Shown here piece after piece: positions 1 to 14,109 of a stretch of 64,000 nt of DNA. Position numbers and translations under genes: made by a program. The stretch covers positions 85,064,001 to 85,128,000 of the forward strand of contig NC_043006.1 in NCBI RefSeq assembly GCF_006345805.1, given 5' to 3'. Source of the stretch: Octopus sinensis. Taxonomy: Eukaryota. Under the pieces are notes generated by a model that was given only the letters and a program-made list of their open reading frames with translations, searched no databases and was not told the DNA's origin. Every line of letters starts with the position of its first letter. Position 1 is the stretch's first letter.

Positions 1-690
1 TTCTTCTTTGCTGTTTTTTTATGAATTGCTTTTGTGAAATACTGAAAATATGATGTCTTAGAGATGTTATGGCAAATATGTGTGCCATGCTTCAATTCTA
101 CTGATAGAGAGCTGGGCTAGCTGCTAAGCGTGTTACATTGTAATATTACCAGATGCATCGCAACAACAGTCAGTTTGTTGTTGCTAATTATTGTTATCTT
201 TCGCCTTAACGATTTCTTTCATTGTCTTTTCACCACTTTGACCGGTGGAGGTGTGTGTGGGGGGGTGACACATAGAAGTCTTATTAATGTCGATATTCAG
301 GCTCCGTCTTCTATTCTAATCTCTCTCTGCAGTAAGAACCTGTCAGAACCACGTCTATAATTAGCCAGAACTGTTTCAGTTTCTCTCTTTTGCTGTTGTT
401 GTTGTTGTTAATCTAGATTTCTCAATCTAAAGTATTGACTGCTTCAGTTAAAATGATTAATCAAGATGGCTTGTAAAACAAACATAAAAAAAACACTTTG
501 TAAACTAATTCGAAAGTAAATCTTTTTTTTTTCATTACTGGTTTCAGCTATTGCATTCCGGCCATGCCGGAGCACTACCTTCAGTGTACTTATTTTATCG
601 ATCTGTAATCTCGAATGGTCAAATTTTTCCAGTTATGTCCCTTCTTTGAATGGTTGAATTTAATCGGAGTTATGTCCCTTTTTTGTAGCC

Positions 691-904
691 TTAACCCTTT
701 TGATATCAATTCACCTGAGACCTCCTCTAGTTCTATGATACTAAATTCCTGTTTTAAATTGATCTTGATTCAAAACCCTTCCATTAAAATTTCATGTTAA
801 ATTATGTCCCAAATACCGTCTTAATATGCAGCTATTTTACTAAATATTTCGTTATTTTCTAAATTAAAACAAGGATGGTGTGTTACAACTGAAATATGGG
901 TTAA
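691..904. mobile_element. piggyBac-type MITE, family B (decayed)
   Basis: TTAA-CCCTTTTGATA start and GGG-TTAA end; body shared with many copies in the window. Confidence 0.7.
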
Positions 905-1454
905 ATACAACAAAGTATTTACAGTAAACTCTTCTTTCAGTTGTCCAGAGAAATCCATTGATGGCACTCACTCCCTAAAGAGTGAGGCCTTTGATCCTGG
1001 ACAGACGTTACTCTGGCCCTTTGAGCTCTATTACATGTGTAACATGTGTGTGTAGTCTTGGTGGTGGTGGGCAGCATAGTAATGCTGATAGCAATAGATG
1101 CATCTCTCCTGCCACTCTTGGATGACAGCCCCCTCGATTGAGTGTGAGTAGAAGGACATGGTTTAGTGCTAGGTCAAGAGGTTAAACCATGGTAGAAGGA
1201 AGTGGAAAAGGTTTGTTGGTGTAGAAAAGATATACGGCTACCTTGCATGATATAAGAATTGGTGAGAGTAGTTGAGATGGAGCTGGAGAAGGATAAAAAT
1301 GGAGGTGAAGAGGCATCAGATCCTAACCTTAAGGTACAAGAAAATAAATAGAAGAGAGTGCAGAGATGGAAGATCATGAAGATTGAGAGGGTAAAGTTTG
1401 CAAGAGTGTGGAAGGAGTGTGAGAGTTGCTCTTGCAATTCCTCAACTCTTTCGG

Positions 1455-1650
1455 GGGGGGGGGATACGGCAAGGAGCTGAATCCTTCTGCCACACATCTA
1501 GCCTCCCACTGGCAACCCTCTCCAGCCAGGATTCGATTATAGTCTCCAGCAGCTTCACATATCTGTCTGAATTGAGCCTAAGACCTTGGTTCAACAATGT
1601 GGGGATAAATTCCCATGTGCTGATGCAGTCAGAACACCATTTGGTTGGGC
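1455..1650 (-). pseudogene. Tc1/mariner (maT/DD37D-like) transposase fragment
   Basis: Minus-strand translation GLRLNSDRYVKLLETIIESWLERVASGRLDVWQKDSAPC resembles the QQDSAPxH second-Asp motif region; homologous to 8840-9020. Confidence 0.8.
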
Positions 1651-3191
1651 CATATTGCACTTCTTTCACTTCTTTCACTGTTGAGTATCAACAAATATGT
1701 ATCTGGCTCCTTTTTACCACTCTGCAGATTTCCAGCTGTGGAATTTGCCTCACAAGACATTTTGGTCAACATGAAGAAAAAGTGAAAAACACTTGCCCTT
1801 GGTTCTGTGCAGCAGCACCAAATCTGAAGCCGTATGGTTGTGAGAAACTTGCTTCTTTCATCACGTTTCCTGCAACAGGAATTTGGGTGGGATGGGAATG
1901 AAGGTATAGTAATGCACAAGAGCACAGGTGGTTGATTTGGTAGGGTGTTGCTGAGTGGGTAACAGTTATCTTATCTCTGGCGCTACACTTGCTGTTCAAG
2001 GCCAAGACTCTTAACTCTAAAAATAGCACCCCTCCTACTCTACCATACACTTCCATCCACTTTGTATTTTAGTTGAAATCAGTGTATTAAGAGATTACTT
2101 TTATGACACGTGTGTAAGTTGGTCAATTTTGGGTCAGTGCCACTGAGATGGAACACATGTGGCTTTAGATTAATAGCATTGATATAAGAAGGTCCTTGAA
2201 TTGTCACTTTCATTATTAATTGGCGATCTCTAGGAAAATATTTTCAAGTGCATGTGTGTATAATATGATATATAACTAGTATGTATAATTGTTTTATATG
2301 TGTTTGTATAATGTAATAGATAGCATATATTATACACATACACATATCAATATAACATTGATATATAACATACCAAATATGTGTGTATGTGTATAAAATG
2401 TATATCTGATATATATTCAAATTTCTATTCAAAATGTATGAAGTGTGTGTGTATAATGCTGCATCTTTAAGAGGGTTCTTTCCACTTTTCCTTTTCTTGA
2501 ACGGTATGGCATTGAGATGTCATCTCCTTTTCAATATCGCTGTTTCACGTTCATTCACTCATGCTTTCTTGCAATCGAAGGTTTCTGCTCTCTTTCATAT
2601 TTCAAATATGATTAGATATGTGCCAAATATAATTTAAATTTGCTTTATGAAGTGATGTTTGCTGCATCTAGAAGTATCTTTGAATAGTTCTTCAGGATTT
2701 TGATACAATTAAATGGCTGTCCATTGTTGCCAGAAGTCATCAAATAGCAAGCAACATGTGAACAAACTAAAAATATAGAAAAATTAGTCCCTAAAGGGTA
2801 TTAAATTTTCTAATTCTCTCATAATTTTTCAGTTATTTGTGGTTGCTTTTATACTTTAGAAAATTTGGTTTGTCAATTTTATTTTTCAAGCTAACAAGAA
2901 TCAGGAAATTGAACGCTGTAGTATGTGTGTGTTTTACCTTTTAAAAGATAATCTTTTAAAAGATTATTTCATTAGAGTGATTGAACTGATCGTATTGACC
3001 TTGCCTCGTTATACAACTGTTCTTTTGCAATGGCCTCATCTTGTTAGCATATATCAATTTGTAATCTTAATTCTTCAGAAATATCAAGACTTGCATTACT
3101 CTTGATTTATATAAAATAACCTTTCATTCTTCTGTAGTTATTCAGCCTATAAACAGAACAGCTCATACTTTATGTGAAAATATAGACATTA

Positions 3192-3411
3192 TTAACCCTT
3201 GAGCATTCAGATTACTGTCAAAAGTAATCCTTATTTCTTCACATTTTGAATAAATCATGCATTACATCATAGCTTTGAGATTTTGATGTGATTGTTTATT
3301 TCTAGAATGACATTGTAGGGTAGGTGTGAGAGGCTAAATCTGGCCAGTTTGAACATAAAACTGGTAGAAAATTTGGGCCTGGTATAGCCAGCTTAGATGC
3401 TAAAGAGCTAA
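3192..3411. mobile_element. piggyBac-type MITE, family A
   Basis: Degenerate TTAA-CCCTTNAGCATT ... ATGCTAAAG(A/G)G ends; related copies near 5157-5759, 17450-17570, 24156-24230, 27787-27962, 46735-46830, 51975-52180. Confidence 0.7.
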
Positions 3412-4433
3412 TGTTATTAATATAACGTTATTAGTCATTAGGATTTATAGTAATATGTGTATGATGTGTGGTGTGTATGTGTGTTTTACAGTATTTGGTT
3501 GTAGAGAGAGAGTGAAAAAGAGAGAGAAAAGAATCAACCCAGTACGTCACGGTTGTTTTTGTTGTTTGTCTGCCTTCAAAAGGATGAATGGTAAAATTGA
3601 CCTGAGTGTAATTTGAACTCATAATGCAAAGTGTTGGAATAAACATTGCAAGGCATTCTACCTGATGCTCTAATGACTCTACCAATTAATTTGCCACCAT
3701 TATTTTATCCACACACATCCACATATATACACACATGCATGCATGCGTGCTCAAGAAAATATAATGAATCACAAGAAAAAAACTAAATGAAAATTTCTGA
3801 AATAACCCCCCCCCCCACTCCGTCTCCCCTCTCTCTTCTTCCTCTTCCTCCTTTCTCAAACTCTTTCCTAGATTAAAACCAGAAACTTCGCACTGTTTAC
3901 ACCTACCCCAACCCTACTGGCATTAAGTTGTTGTCTTTCATTTTCAATTTTTTTTTTTGTCTCTGATTAACTAATTAGCCCCCCCACCATCTTCTTCCAA
4001 CGTTCTACTACTACTACAACTACTACTACTGCTGCTGCTGCTTAAAAGCAATTTGCTGGAGGTTGAGTCGGTGCCTAGTGATCTCTGATTTTTGCTGACA
4101 ATTGTTCGACTTAGCAAATTCCACTGACTTGATGACCTTTCCTTTATATTCTCTTCATTGCCTTGCATTGCTTCCACCACTAACAGCATCAACATCAAGA
4201 CCAACCTTCTCTCTCTCCTTCGCCCCTTCACATCACCCCACCCCGACATACACACAACACTGTTTGTATTTTTGTTTGTATGTGTGTTTCTGTCTCCTTC
4301 TGTTTTATATCTTGTCTGCTTGTTTGCCTTTGCTTCATATCTTTTATGTGCTGCATATGTATCTGCTTGTGTGTGTTTGTGTTTGTCTCTTTTACTTCTG
4401 GATTCTAACTCTTTGTGAAGCCTCTATTACTAT

Positions 4434-4436
<3 letters not shown>

Positions 4437-4512
<76 letters not shown>
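4437..4512. repeat. (TA)n microsatellite
   Basis: Direct reading. Confidence 0.95.
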
Positions 4513-4514
<2 letters not shown>

Positions 4515-4870
4515 CTTGTTTCAGTCATTAGACTGCTACCATGTTGGAGGAACTACAAAATGGCCTCAGAACTTATTTTTAAAGTCTGCTACTTATTCTA
4601 TTGGTCTCTTTTTGCCGAATTGCTGCTAAGTGACATGGACATAATCAAAAGAACATCAGTTATTAAGAAGTAATGGTGACAGATGCATGCACACACACAC
4701 ACAGACACACACACACTACAGGTTCATTTCAGTTTCCATTGACCAAATCTATGCACAAGGCTTTGATTGATCCAGGGCTATAGTAGAAGACACTTGCTCA
4801 AGTTGCCATGCAGTGAAACTGAACCCAGAACCGTATGGTTGAGAAGCAATACTTCTTACCACACAGCTAG
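4513..4870 (-). mobile_element. tRNA-derived CORE-type SINE (family S2)
   Basis: Same head, core (CTTGGGCAAGTGTCTTCTACTATAG) and tail (ATGACTGAAACAAGTAA) as 15126-15500. Confidence 0.8.
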
Positions 4871-5213
4871 GCAATCGGCTTTTAACACTAGTCTTCCATG
4901 TTGATATGGGTTGACTAGTTTGAACCAGATCCAACATATCTGCGGATTCCGTCATTACTCCAGTGTCTGCCTTGGCATGGATTCTGTGGCTGAACATCTT
5001 TTCTAATGCCAACCACTTCGCAGAATGTTCTGAATGCTTTTTGTCATGGTACCTGCACAAGCAGTGTTGCCATTTAACTCACAAGACTAAGACCCCCTTC
5101 AAGTTAGTTGTTGTTTAGTAGAAAGAGGGGCAACTTTATGATAAGTGATGTGAATTTAACCCTTTATCATTCAAACTTCTTTCTTCAGTTTATTTCTTAA
5201 TTTATTCACATTC

Positions 5214-5445
5214 ATCATCATCATTGTTTAACGTCCGCTTTCCATGCTAGCATGGGTTGGATGATTTGACTGAGGTCTGGCGAACCAGACTCCAATCTGA
5301 TCTGGCAGAGTTTCTGCAGCTGGATGCCGTTCCTAATGCCAACCACTCTGAGAGTGTAGCGGATGCTTTTACGTTCCACTGGCATGAGGGCCAGTTAGGT
5401 GGTACTGGCAACGACCGCACTCAAATGGTGCTTTTTATGTGCCAC
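5214..5445 (-). mobile_element. SINE family S3 with (GAT)n tail
   Basis: 3' end CATGCTAGCATGGAAAGCGGACGTTAAAC(GAT)n shared with many copies. Confidence 0.8.
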
Positions 5446-6433
5446 CTGTTTTGAATTAATCAGGCATCTTGTAGTTTCAAGATTTCAAGAATGTGATTGT
5501 ATGTTTTTATAATGATATTGTGAGGTCAGTATGAGAAGTTGGATCTGGTCAGTTTTTAACTTAAAACAGGTAGAATATTTTGGCTGGATATGGCCAGTTT
5601 AATTGCTAAAGGATTAACCCTTTATTCACATGATTTTGAATTAATTGTGCACTATCCCATTACTTCATGATTTCAATGACGTGGTTGTTAATTTTTAGAA
5701 TGACATTGTAGGCTAGGTGTGAGAGGTCAAATCTGGCTGGTTTAAATGCTAAAGGGTTAGAAGTATGAAAGGAGAAATTAGAACAAATTTCTTGTAGAAG
5801 AGACACATGATTACTTGTGTTGCACAAGTAACCATGTATCTCTCACTCACACACACACACACTTTTATCTTTGTTATTAAAACACACAATCTCTGGCTAA
5901 ATTCAAATCAACAACCTTCATTTTCTCCCTGTTTGCTTACAAGGTGCTAATTATTTCAAACCAAAACAAAGAAGGTATTTCTTCCACTTCCCACCATTAT
6001 TCCAGTTGGGTGTTTATGACATTTGATAATATAAACAAGTAAACATGAAAATAAGTCAGCGTTTTGTTTTATTTTTTTCCCAGTTGTTAGGGACTGTCAT
6101 ATAGAATGTTATGGGTTGCTGTTGTTGTTGAGAGCAGTGAGCGGAACACAAAATCCTTTTAGCAAGTCCTACATTAGCAGATCACATGGCTGTGTGGTTA
6201 AGCAGTTCTCTTCCCATCCACATGGGAAAGTGGATATTAAAACGATAATATATTATTATCATCAACGTCATCATCATCGTCGTCATCCTTTAACATCCAA
6301 TGTCCATGATACATGTAATATGTACTGTACACCCCTTCCCCTCCTCTCTCCTCCTACTCTTTCATCAACTCCCTGCTCACCCACCCTGTCCAATTCTCTG
6401 TACCACTCCACTTACATTCACCACTTTGTACCT

Positions 6434-6666
6434 TGTGAGCTGGCAGAAACGTTAGCACGCCGGGCAAAGTGCGTAGCCGTATTTTGTCTGCTGTTACGTT
6501 CTGAGTTCAAATTCCGCCGAGGTCGACTTTGCCTTTCGTCCTTCCAGGGTCGATTAAATAAGTACCAGTTATGCACTGGGGTCGATATAATCGACTTAAT
6601 CCGTGTGCCTGTCCCTGTTTGTCCTCTCTGTGTGTAGCCCCTTTTGGGTAGTAAAGAAATAGGTAT
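6434..6666 (+). mobile_element. tRNA-derived SINE family S1 (Nin/Deu-like central domain), monomer
   Basis: A-box-like TGGCAGAAACGTT, B-box-like GAGTTCAAATTCC, core GACTTTGCCTTTC..CCTT...GGGTCGAT.AA..AAGTACCAG; ends AAAGAAATAGGTAT. Confidence 0.85.
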
Positions 6667-6721
6667 GCCCTGGCATATCTTCCCCACCATCCTCTCTCTC
6701 TCTCTCCTGCCCTGTCTCTTC

Positions 6722-6766
<45 letters not shown>

Positions 6767-8209
6767 TAGGGTAGCCATTGTATCTCCTCTACAGCATGAC
6801 ACCTGTTTTTGCTCCTTTATCAAAGCTTAACCTTTCGTCATCTGACACAAAGCCACTTCCCTCAATATTTACTCTGCCCTCAGTTGAGGGGGTGGGCTTT
6901 GTCTTGCACATTACTTACCTTGCTGGTACTGGTGCCACATGAAAAAGCATCCAGCCATTGAGATCATGCCAAAGTAGACAGAAGAGTTTGACACGGTCCT
7001 CTAGCTAGCCAACTCTTGTCAAACCTTCCAACCCATACCAGCATGGAAAATGGATGTTTGCTGATGATGATGATCTCCTCCTAATGGCATTTACTGCTGG
7101 TTTTTGGCTTCAGAGAAGAAATTTATTATTCCTGTAAACTTTGTATTGAAACGTACCAAGTTCTGAGTGCTACCACCAGACGACGACAACCAGACTGCTT
7201 TTGGCATGATGATGTTCTAGGGAGCAGGAACATGTGGAAAATGTTGGTACACATCATTATTTTGATTTTCATTGCTACATGTGCTTATGCTAAACACACA
7301 CATACACATACTCATATACACATACACTTGTACTTGCATGCACACACACATAAATAAAGATGTGGGTGTGAGGTTAAGACATTCACTTCACAATGTTTCA
7401 AGTTCAATTCCATTGCTCAGCATCATAAGAGCAGGAACTGAGACCATAGATACAAAACTTTGAGGAAAATTTGAAACTGCATGGACACTCGGCATGTGTG
7501 TATATGTGCATGCATGCATATATGTGTGTGTGTGTGTAATGTATGTAAGAATATGTCTTTCTGTATTGGTGTGTAATGAACACAATCGGTGCCTTGAATA
7601 ACAATGCTATTTGAGTTATCCCTTCACACCAAGGTCAACTTAGCTTTTTATTCTCTTGCAAAATCATTGAAACAAACACCAAAGAGCTGGTGGGGGTGGG
7701 TATGAGAGTGGGTTCATATAATAATTGTCTGAAACCCTTGAAGGTGTCTAGCAGGGCTGCAGACCAAGGATAGAAACAAATAATAGAATAAAGATGACAA
7801 ATAAATAATAACTAATCTGGCCTTCCATAACTTCAGTCATCTTAAATATTAATCTCATAAATTCATTTGTTTCTGTAACTGTCATGTCTTTTGATGTGAA
7901 GCAATAATGGCCTTCTATATGGATAGAATGCACATTAGTTATGTCAGAGATGAGCAGAATTTCTTAGAAATGGAATAGATTGCAGGATCTGTAGTATGTC
8001 ATTATTAGCAAGACAGATATACCAAAACTTTATTTCTATTGTATCCATTATGCCTGTTTATGCTCATCTGTGCGTGTGTGTGTGTACAAGCATATATGCA
8101 TATAAAGCCATGTATACGTATCTGTAAATGTTCTCTTAGCTAACAATAAACTTGAATATTCAAGGTGTGAAATTTTAAATCTTAAATATATTAATTAAAA
8201 CATTAAATA

Positions 8210-9020
8210 CAAGGTGTTCAGGCTAAATTTGACAGTTTGCATGAAAGGAAAAGAAAATGCACTATCCCATCCAAAAATACGAGTATTTCTTAAAAAATCA
8301 AAAAAATATCAACTAGATTATGGCTGGGAGAGGACAGTTTACTCAAAGTAACCACCCTCAGCTTCTACTCTGGCCTAAAGATGCCTCCAGGACCTGGCAT
8401 GTGCATTCCTCACTGTGTCCCCGAGGAGATCTCCTTAATCATGGTCATTAGCTTGGCCTTGGTGTTGCAGGCAGAGCAGTTTTTTGTTTGTTCTTTCTCG
8501 AGCCATGCCTGGCTCATGAGGGCCGGTTTCTTTGGCGTATAGGTTCCCCACCTGGACGGGACGCCGGTCCATCGCAAATGAGCTGCAAGATGCAGGAGGA
8601 AAGAGTGAGAGAAAGTTGTGGCGAAAGAGTCAGCAGAAGTTCGCCATTACCTTCTGCCGGAGCCGCGTGGAGCTTAGATGTTTCGCTCATAAACACACAC
8701 ATCGCCCGATCTGAGATTCAAACCCACAAGTCCGCTGCTCTTACCACTAGGCCATGTGCCTCCACCAGGCAGAGCAGTTGGTGTCTTTCTCTACTGTAAC
8801 CCAAGCATAGTAATCTCTGGAATTACAAGCTGACTCTTTGTGAAGGTATGGCAAGGAACTGAATCATGCTGCCACACATTTGGCCTCCCACTGGCAACCC
8901 TCTCCAGACATGGTTTGATCACAGTCTCCAGCAGCTTCACATAGCTGTCTGAATTGAGCTTAAGGCCCCGTTCAACGATGTGGGGGTAAGTTCCAGTGTG
9001 CTGGTGTAGTCAGAACACTG
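8210..9020 (-). mobile_element. 3' part of a Tc1/mariner (maT/DD37D-like) transposon with terminal repeat, interrupted by a SINE
   Basis: TA|CAAGGTGTTCAGGC end. With the SINE removed, the minus strand reads CNSRDYYAWVTVEKDTNCSACNTKAKLM...DTVRNACARSW...EAEGGYFE*, a typical C-terminus with a frameshift and a stop. Confidence 0.85.
8482..8765 (-). mobile_element. tRNA-derived SINE (family S4) with perfect 14-bp TSD
   Basis: TSD CAGGCAGAGCAGTT at 8468-8481 and 8766-8779; homologous to 28496-28807. Confidence 0.9.
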
Positions 9021-9247
9021 GAATTCACCCTCACATCTTTGCTGCTGTCCATGTCATGTCTTACAGCTTTTACAGCATCCATAGAGCATTGAGCAACAGT
9101 CATGAGGTTGGCATTTTTATACCCAGTATGAATAATCATGATAAAGGTAGCTCTTTTCCAATATTCTTCACAGAATCTGGGAAACTGGCCTTATGAGCAT
9201 TTGCCTTGGAGAGGAACTTTTTTTGATGTTATATATATGTTTTGTTA

Positions 9248-9475
9248 AGGTGGCGAGCTGGCAGAAACGTTAGCGTGCCGGGCGAAATGCTTAGCAGTAT
9301 TTCGTCTGCCATTACGTTCTGAGTTCAAATTCCGCCGAGGTCGACTTTGCCTTTCATCCTTTCGGGGTCGATAAATTAAGTACCAGTTACGCACTGGGGT
9401 CAATGTAATCGACTTAATACCTATATCTGTCCTTGTTTGTCTCCTCTGTGTTTAGCCCTTTGTGGGCAGTAAAAA
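9248..9475 (+). mobile_element. SINE S1 monomer
   Basis: Full head and body; flanked by ATATATATGTTTTGT direct repeats. Confidence 0.85.
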
Positions 9476-10799
9476 TATATATATATATGTTTTGTGTGTG
9501 TGTGAGTGGATTTGATAGACGGAAACTGAAAGAAGCCCATTATATATGTGTGTGTGTGTGTGTACGTGTTTGTGTGTATGTGTTTGTCCCTCCACCATTG
9601 CTTGACAACCGATGATGGTGTATTTACATCCCTGTAACTTAGCAGTTCAGCAAAAGAGACTGATAGAAATAAGTATTAGGCTTACAAAAAATAAGTGCTG
9701 GGGTTGGCTTGTTCGACTAAAGGTGATGCTCCAGCATGACCGCAGTCGAAATGACTGAAACAAGTAAAAGAATAAACAACATAGGGTGACAAATGTATAT
9801 AGCAATAAAAGATTTATTTTTAATTGGGGGGAAAAGTCATCTGTGTTGATAAGGTGTGAGTTGAAAACATGCATAATTATCTTGCTATTTATAGAACTTG
9901 ATTGCCAATCAAGAAGTCACGTGAACCTCAGAATAAGAATATCTTTTGTTTTATCTTTTGTTCTTTAAACATCTGATGTGACAAAGTTCATCTTAACCCT
10001 TCAATTACTGTATTTCTATTGAAATGCACTGCTTTTGTTTCAATTAATTTTCAAAGTATTGAATAATTGAGTAAGATATATTTGTCGTTTATTAACCCTT
10101 TTGTTAACAAACTTCTGTTGAGATAAGTTCGCTTTGTAATCAATTAATTTAAAAAATAATGAATAATTTAGTGAAATAAGTCTGTCGTTATTAAGCTGGT
10201 GTTTGGAACATATATTATAACATGAAATTTTAATGGAAGATTTTAATTCAGTTCTCTTTAAAGCTGGAAGTTTGTATCCGAGAACCAGGAATGGTCTGAA
10301 GCAGATGGATTTATATCAAAAGGGGGAAAAAAGAACTTAAAAGATATTGAAGGTAGTCATTAGTCATCATCATCATCGTTTAACATTCGGTTTCCATGCT
10401 GGCATGGGTTGGACAGTTCGACAGTTGTCTTTTGTGGCATGGTACAGCAGCGAGCTGGCAGAAACGTTAGCAAACTGAAAAGATCCATTAATTGAAATAA
10501 ATGTTATGTATTTCAACAGTCATGGAACAAAATGAGTTCAAAATGACAGCTATTTTACTGACTTGATTATTTTCAAAACTAATTTAAACAAAGGCAGTGT
10601 ATTTCACTAGAAATACACCAACAAAAGGGTTACTAATCTTCCACCCTGACCAGTGCTATATAGACCAGGATTCTTTCAGCTCCTGTTTACCAAATCCATT
10701 CACAAGGTTTTAGTCAGGTTGAGGCTATAGGAGAAGACACTTGCCCAAGGTGCCATACAGTGGTAGTGAACCCAGAACCATGTAGTTGAGAAGCAAGTT

Positions 10800-10997
10800 T
10801 CTTATGTCTTTATTGCCCACAAGAGGCTAAACATAGAGGGGACAAACAAGGACAGACAAAGGGGTTAAGTCGATTACTTCGACCCCAGTGCATAATTGGT
10901 ACTAAATTTATCAACCCCGAAAGGATGAAAGGCAAAGTCAACCTCGGCGGAATTTGAACTCAGAACGTAACGGCAGATGAAATACCTATTTCTTTAC
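10800..10997 (-). mobile_element. SINE S1, headless copy retaining a unit-unit junction
   Basis: Minus strand begins GTAAAGAAATAG|GTATTTCATCTGCC, followed by one full unit. Confidence 0.8.
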
Positions 10998-13323
10998 GTT
11001 ATGTTACTAAATTCTTCATTATTGTCAAGATTAATTGGAACAAAGGCAGTTTATTGCAACAGAAATATGGCAACAAAAGTGTTAGCAATATTATATAATG
11101 AAAAGTTTTCTTCTATTTGTTTCAGTCATTAGACTGTGGCCATGCTGGGGCACCACCTTGAATTTTAACTGCAAGAATTGACCCCATACTCATGTTTTTT
11201 AAAAGCCTGGTGCTTGTTTGATTAATCTCTGCTGGACTGTTAAGATACTGGGACATAAACACATACCCCAATATTTCTGCTGTTCTAACAGCATTTCTGT
11301 GTTTGAAAATAAATTATCATCTTATTTGTATCTTAAAATCCACATTTCAACACTTATAAGAAAAAAACAAATGTTGGTTTGTTTATATTTATATACACTA
11401 ACACTGGATGTCAAGTGATTGGGAGGTGCGCACACACACACATATATATATACAGCAGGCATCTTTCAGTTTCCATCTACCGAAATAATTCAAAAGGCTT
11501 TGGTAGACCCAAGGTTACAAAAGACACTTGTCCAAGTTGTCACACAGTAGGACTGAACCTGGAATCATGTGGTTGGGAAAGAAACTTCCTACCACACAGC
11601 CATGGATATAAACACGTTAAAAGGAGTAGTTTTGTATTTAAAGAACAAGGGGCATTTTTGTGTGAGGTCAATATGCAAAAAGGTTAATGGCAAGCAGTGT
11701 GCCTCAAATGTGCATAGATCTCAACTATAGAGGACTCGTCTGCTATGAATTCTTCAGCTTTGATGTTTGTCCTACTTTCTTTTATAATTTAATTCCAACT
11801 TGGAATATATTCTTCTATATCAAAGAATTCATCTCCCAGGACCAAACTTATGGTGGATATTTGTGAATGCATTCTCCAGTGTTTTGCAGACATGAATTTC
11901 TTTTCAGCGTTTAGACATCTGCATGGCTTCACAATGTGCCATTCCCAAGAGAAGGCAATCCCTCTGTACTCTCAAAATATTCCAAATCATTCCAACCATA
12001 ATAACCATGGAGAAAACAAAAAGAAGAATATCAATATGGAGATTTGGCTGTGACTAATTTTTTCCCTTCTTTTTTGGCTGTTGTTTAGCCACAGGTTAGC
12101 CTTTAGAGAGAAGAGCGTATATAACAAATGATCAAAACTCATTCTAGCCATGACTCTATTGTCTTTTTGTTCTAGAATAATGTATGCTCAGATATCATTA
12201 TCCAATGTGTCCTTCCTTTTCTTTTCTGGGTTTTTTTTTTGGTGGGTGGGGATTTAGCTGCTGTTACTAGGAAATTAAATGACTTTTAAATGCACTTAAA
12301 GGACAAATGAAGTACGTAACAATAACATCTGTTCAGATCAGGGATTGGGAAAGTGGGGAATATTGACCCCTGGAGGTCTATGTGGCTTACCAAAAGGTTG
12401 ATAAACATCTGGATTCTAACCATGAGGGATGCAAAATTTTATCTTTTACTGGTTTCAGTCAAAGGCTGGGCCATGCTGGAGTACACACACATCACTTGTA
12501 TATACATATCTTTGTGTTTATCCCCCCTACCCACCTGGCAACCAGTGTTGGTTTGTTTACATCCCCATTACTTAGTGGTTCAGAAAATAAGAATGATAGA
12601 CCAAGTGCATGACATTAAAAGAAAAAATATCAAGTTTGATTTGTTTCAGCTAAACCCGTCAAAGCAGTGCCCCAGCATGGCCTCTGTCCAGTGACTAAAA
12701 CAAGGGTAAGAGATATTAGTGCCGTAGGAAGTTGTTTCCCAGTTTCCTCAGACTCGTCCACCCCTGTCCATGCTTCCAAGAGCCACTAAATGGCTTATAC
12801 TGTCTTTCATAACTTCATTTCTAGTTCTTCCTCCTTACCTTCCTTTCTTGGTACTCACCGGCTAGGTTCCTTCACACACACACACACACACACAAGGTAC
12901 ATTAACTTTTAAAAATGCACAGAATGTGTGATTCTGATGTCAGCAATATGTTTGGTAGATAAGGAATGGAAAGTGAGCAGATTTCTGCCTTTCAGTTGAC
13001 AACAGCAGACTTCACTGAATATGAATCGAATTGCTTTTATTTACATATGTACATACATACATATATCTATTTATATGGTGATATATTTAATAATGGAGTA
13101 ATAGGTTTGGTTTATTAAATATGGCTGACATGAAACTGCTCCAAAGGCTTTATCTGGAAATTGTTACCAGAAGCTGAAATCTCATGTAGCATGTGTGAGT
13201 GAGCAGTCGCAGTGATGTAGTGGTGGTGGTGGTGGTGGTGGCAGCGAAATAGAAAAGTGTCAGTTTATATATGGGTAAGATTGAGTAGTGAGCGTATATA
13301 TCTGCAAACAGTGTTGAGCAGTG

Positions 13324-13360
<37 letters not shown>

Positions 13361-13680
13361 GCATGTGTGCGTATACCCATACCTACATTTATACACACAC
13401 ATGAGAGAGAGAGAAAGGTTTGAGCAATGTATGTGTGTGTGTATATATATATATATGTATATTTATATATGTGTGTATATATGTATGTGTGTATATATGT
13501 ATATGTATATATGTGTGTATATATGTATATGTATATATGTGTACATAAATATATGTATATATATTTATGTGTATATATATATATATGTATATATGTGTGT
13601 ATATGTATACATGTGTGTGTGTATATATATGTATATATGTGTGTGTGTGTATATATATATATAGAGAGAGAGAGAGGGAG
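13324..13680. repeat. Compound (GT)/(AT)/(GA) microsatellite tract
   Basis: Direct reading. Confidence 0.95.
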
Positions 13681-14109
13681 AAAGAGAAAGGGGTAGTATC
13701 AAGCATGCATGTAGACATTGAACAATGAATGTCTGAGTATTTATGTGTTAATATTGAAGAATCTGTGTGATCTCTTTCATTAAATGAAAGGAATTGTTCA
13801 AATTGTATTTGGAATATTGACTCTGTTTCAATAAAAGACAAACTTTGGCGAAGACAATTGTTGTCCAGTGCCTTGATCCCAAGAGATTGCTGCCTCTTCC
13901 CAGTCTCAAATGGATGAATACCATTATCAATTCCACTGGGATTTCAACACAGAACATTGCAGGGACAAAATTAATACTTATCAACCCTTTTCATACCAAC
14001 CTGCCTAAGACTACCCCTGGTCGTATGATACACACTTCTTCTTTTAAAGTGATCTACATTAAAACTTTCCATTAAAATTTTATGTTTGTTTATGTTCCAA
14101 ACAGCCATA

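Noticed and set aside
3971-4255. 94-aa minus-strand ORF with a Ser run
   Set aside because: Built from (AGT/AGC)n low-complexity sequence; no domain or splice support
13121-13177. MADMK... resembling the end of MTSS1 exon 1
   Set aside because: Upstream frame is closed, no ALGGLFQ-like motif, no donor after DMK
13150-13841. ORFs rich in YI/CV/HT repeats (also 4102, 49343, 61045-61534, 62467)
   Set aside because: Translations of (TA), (GT) and (CT) microsatellites
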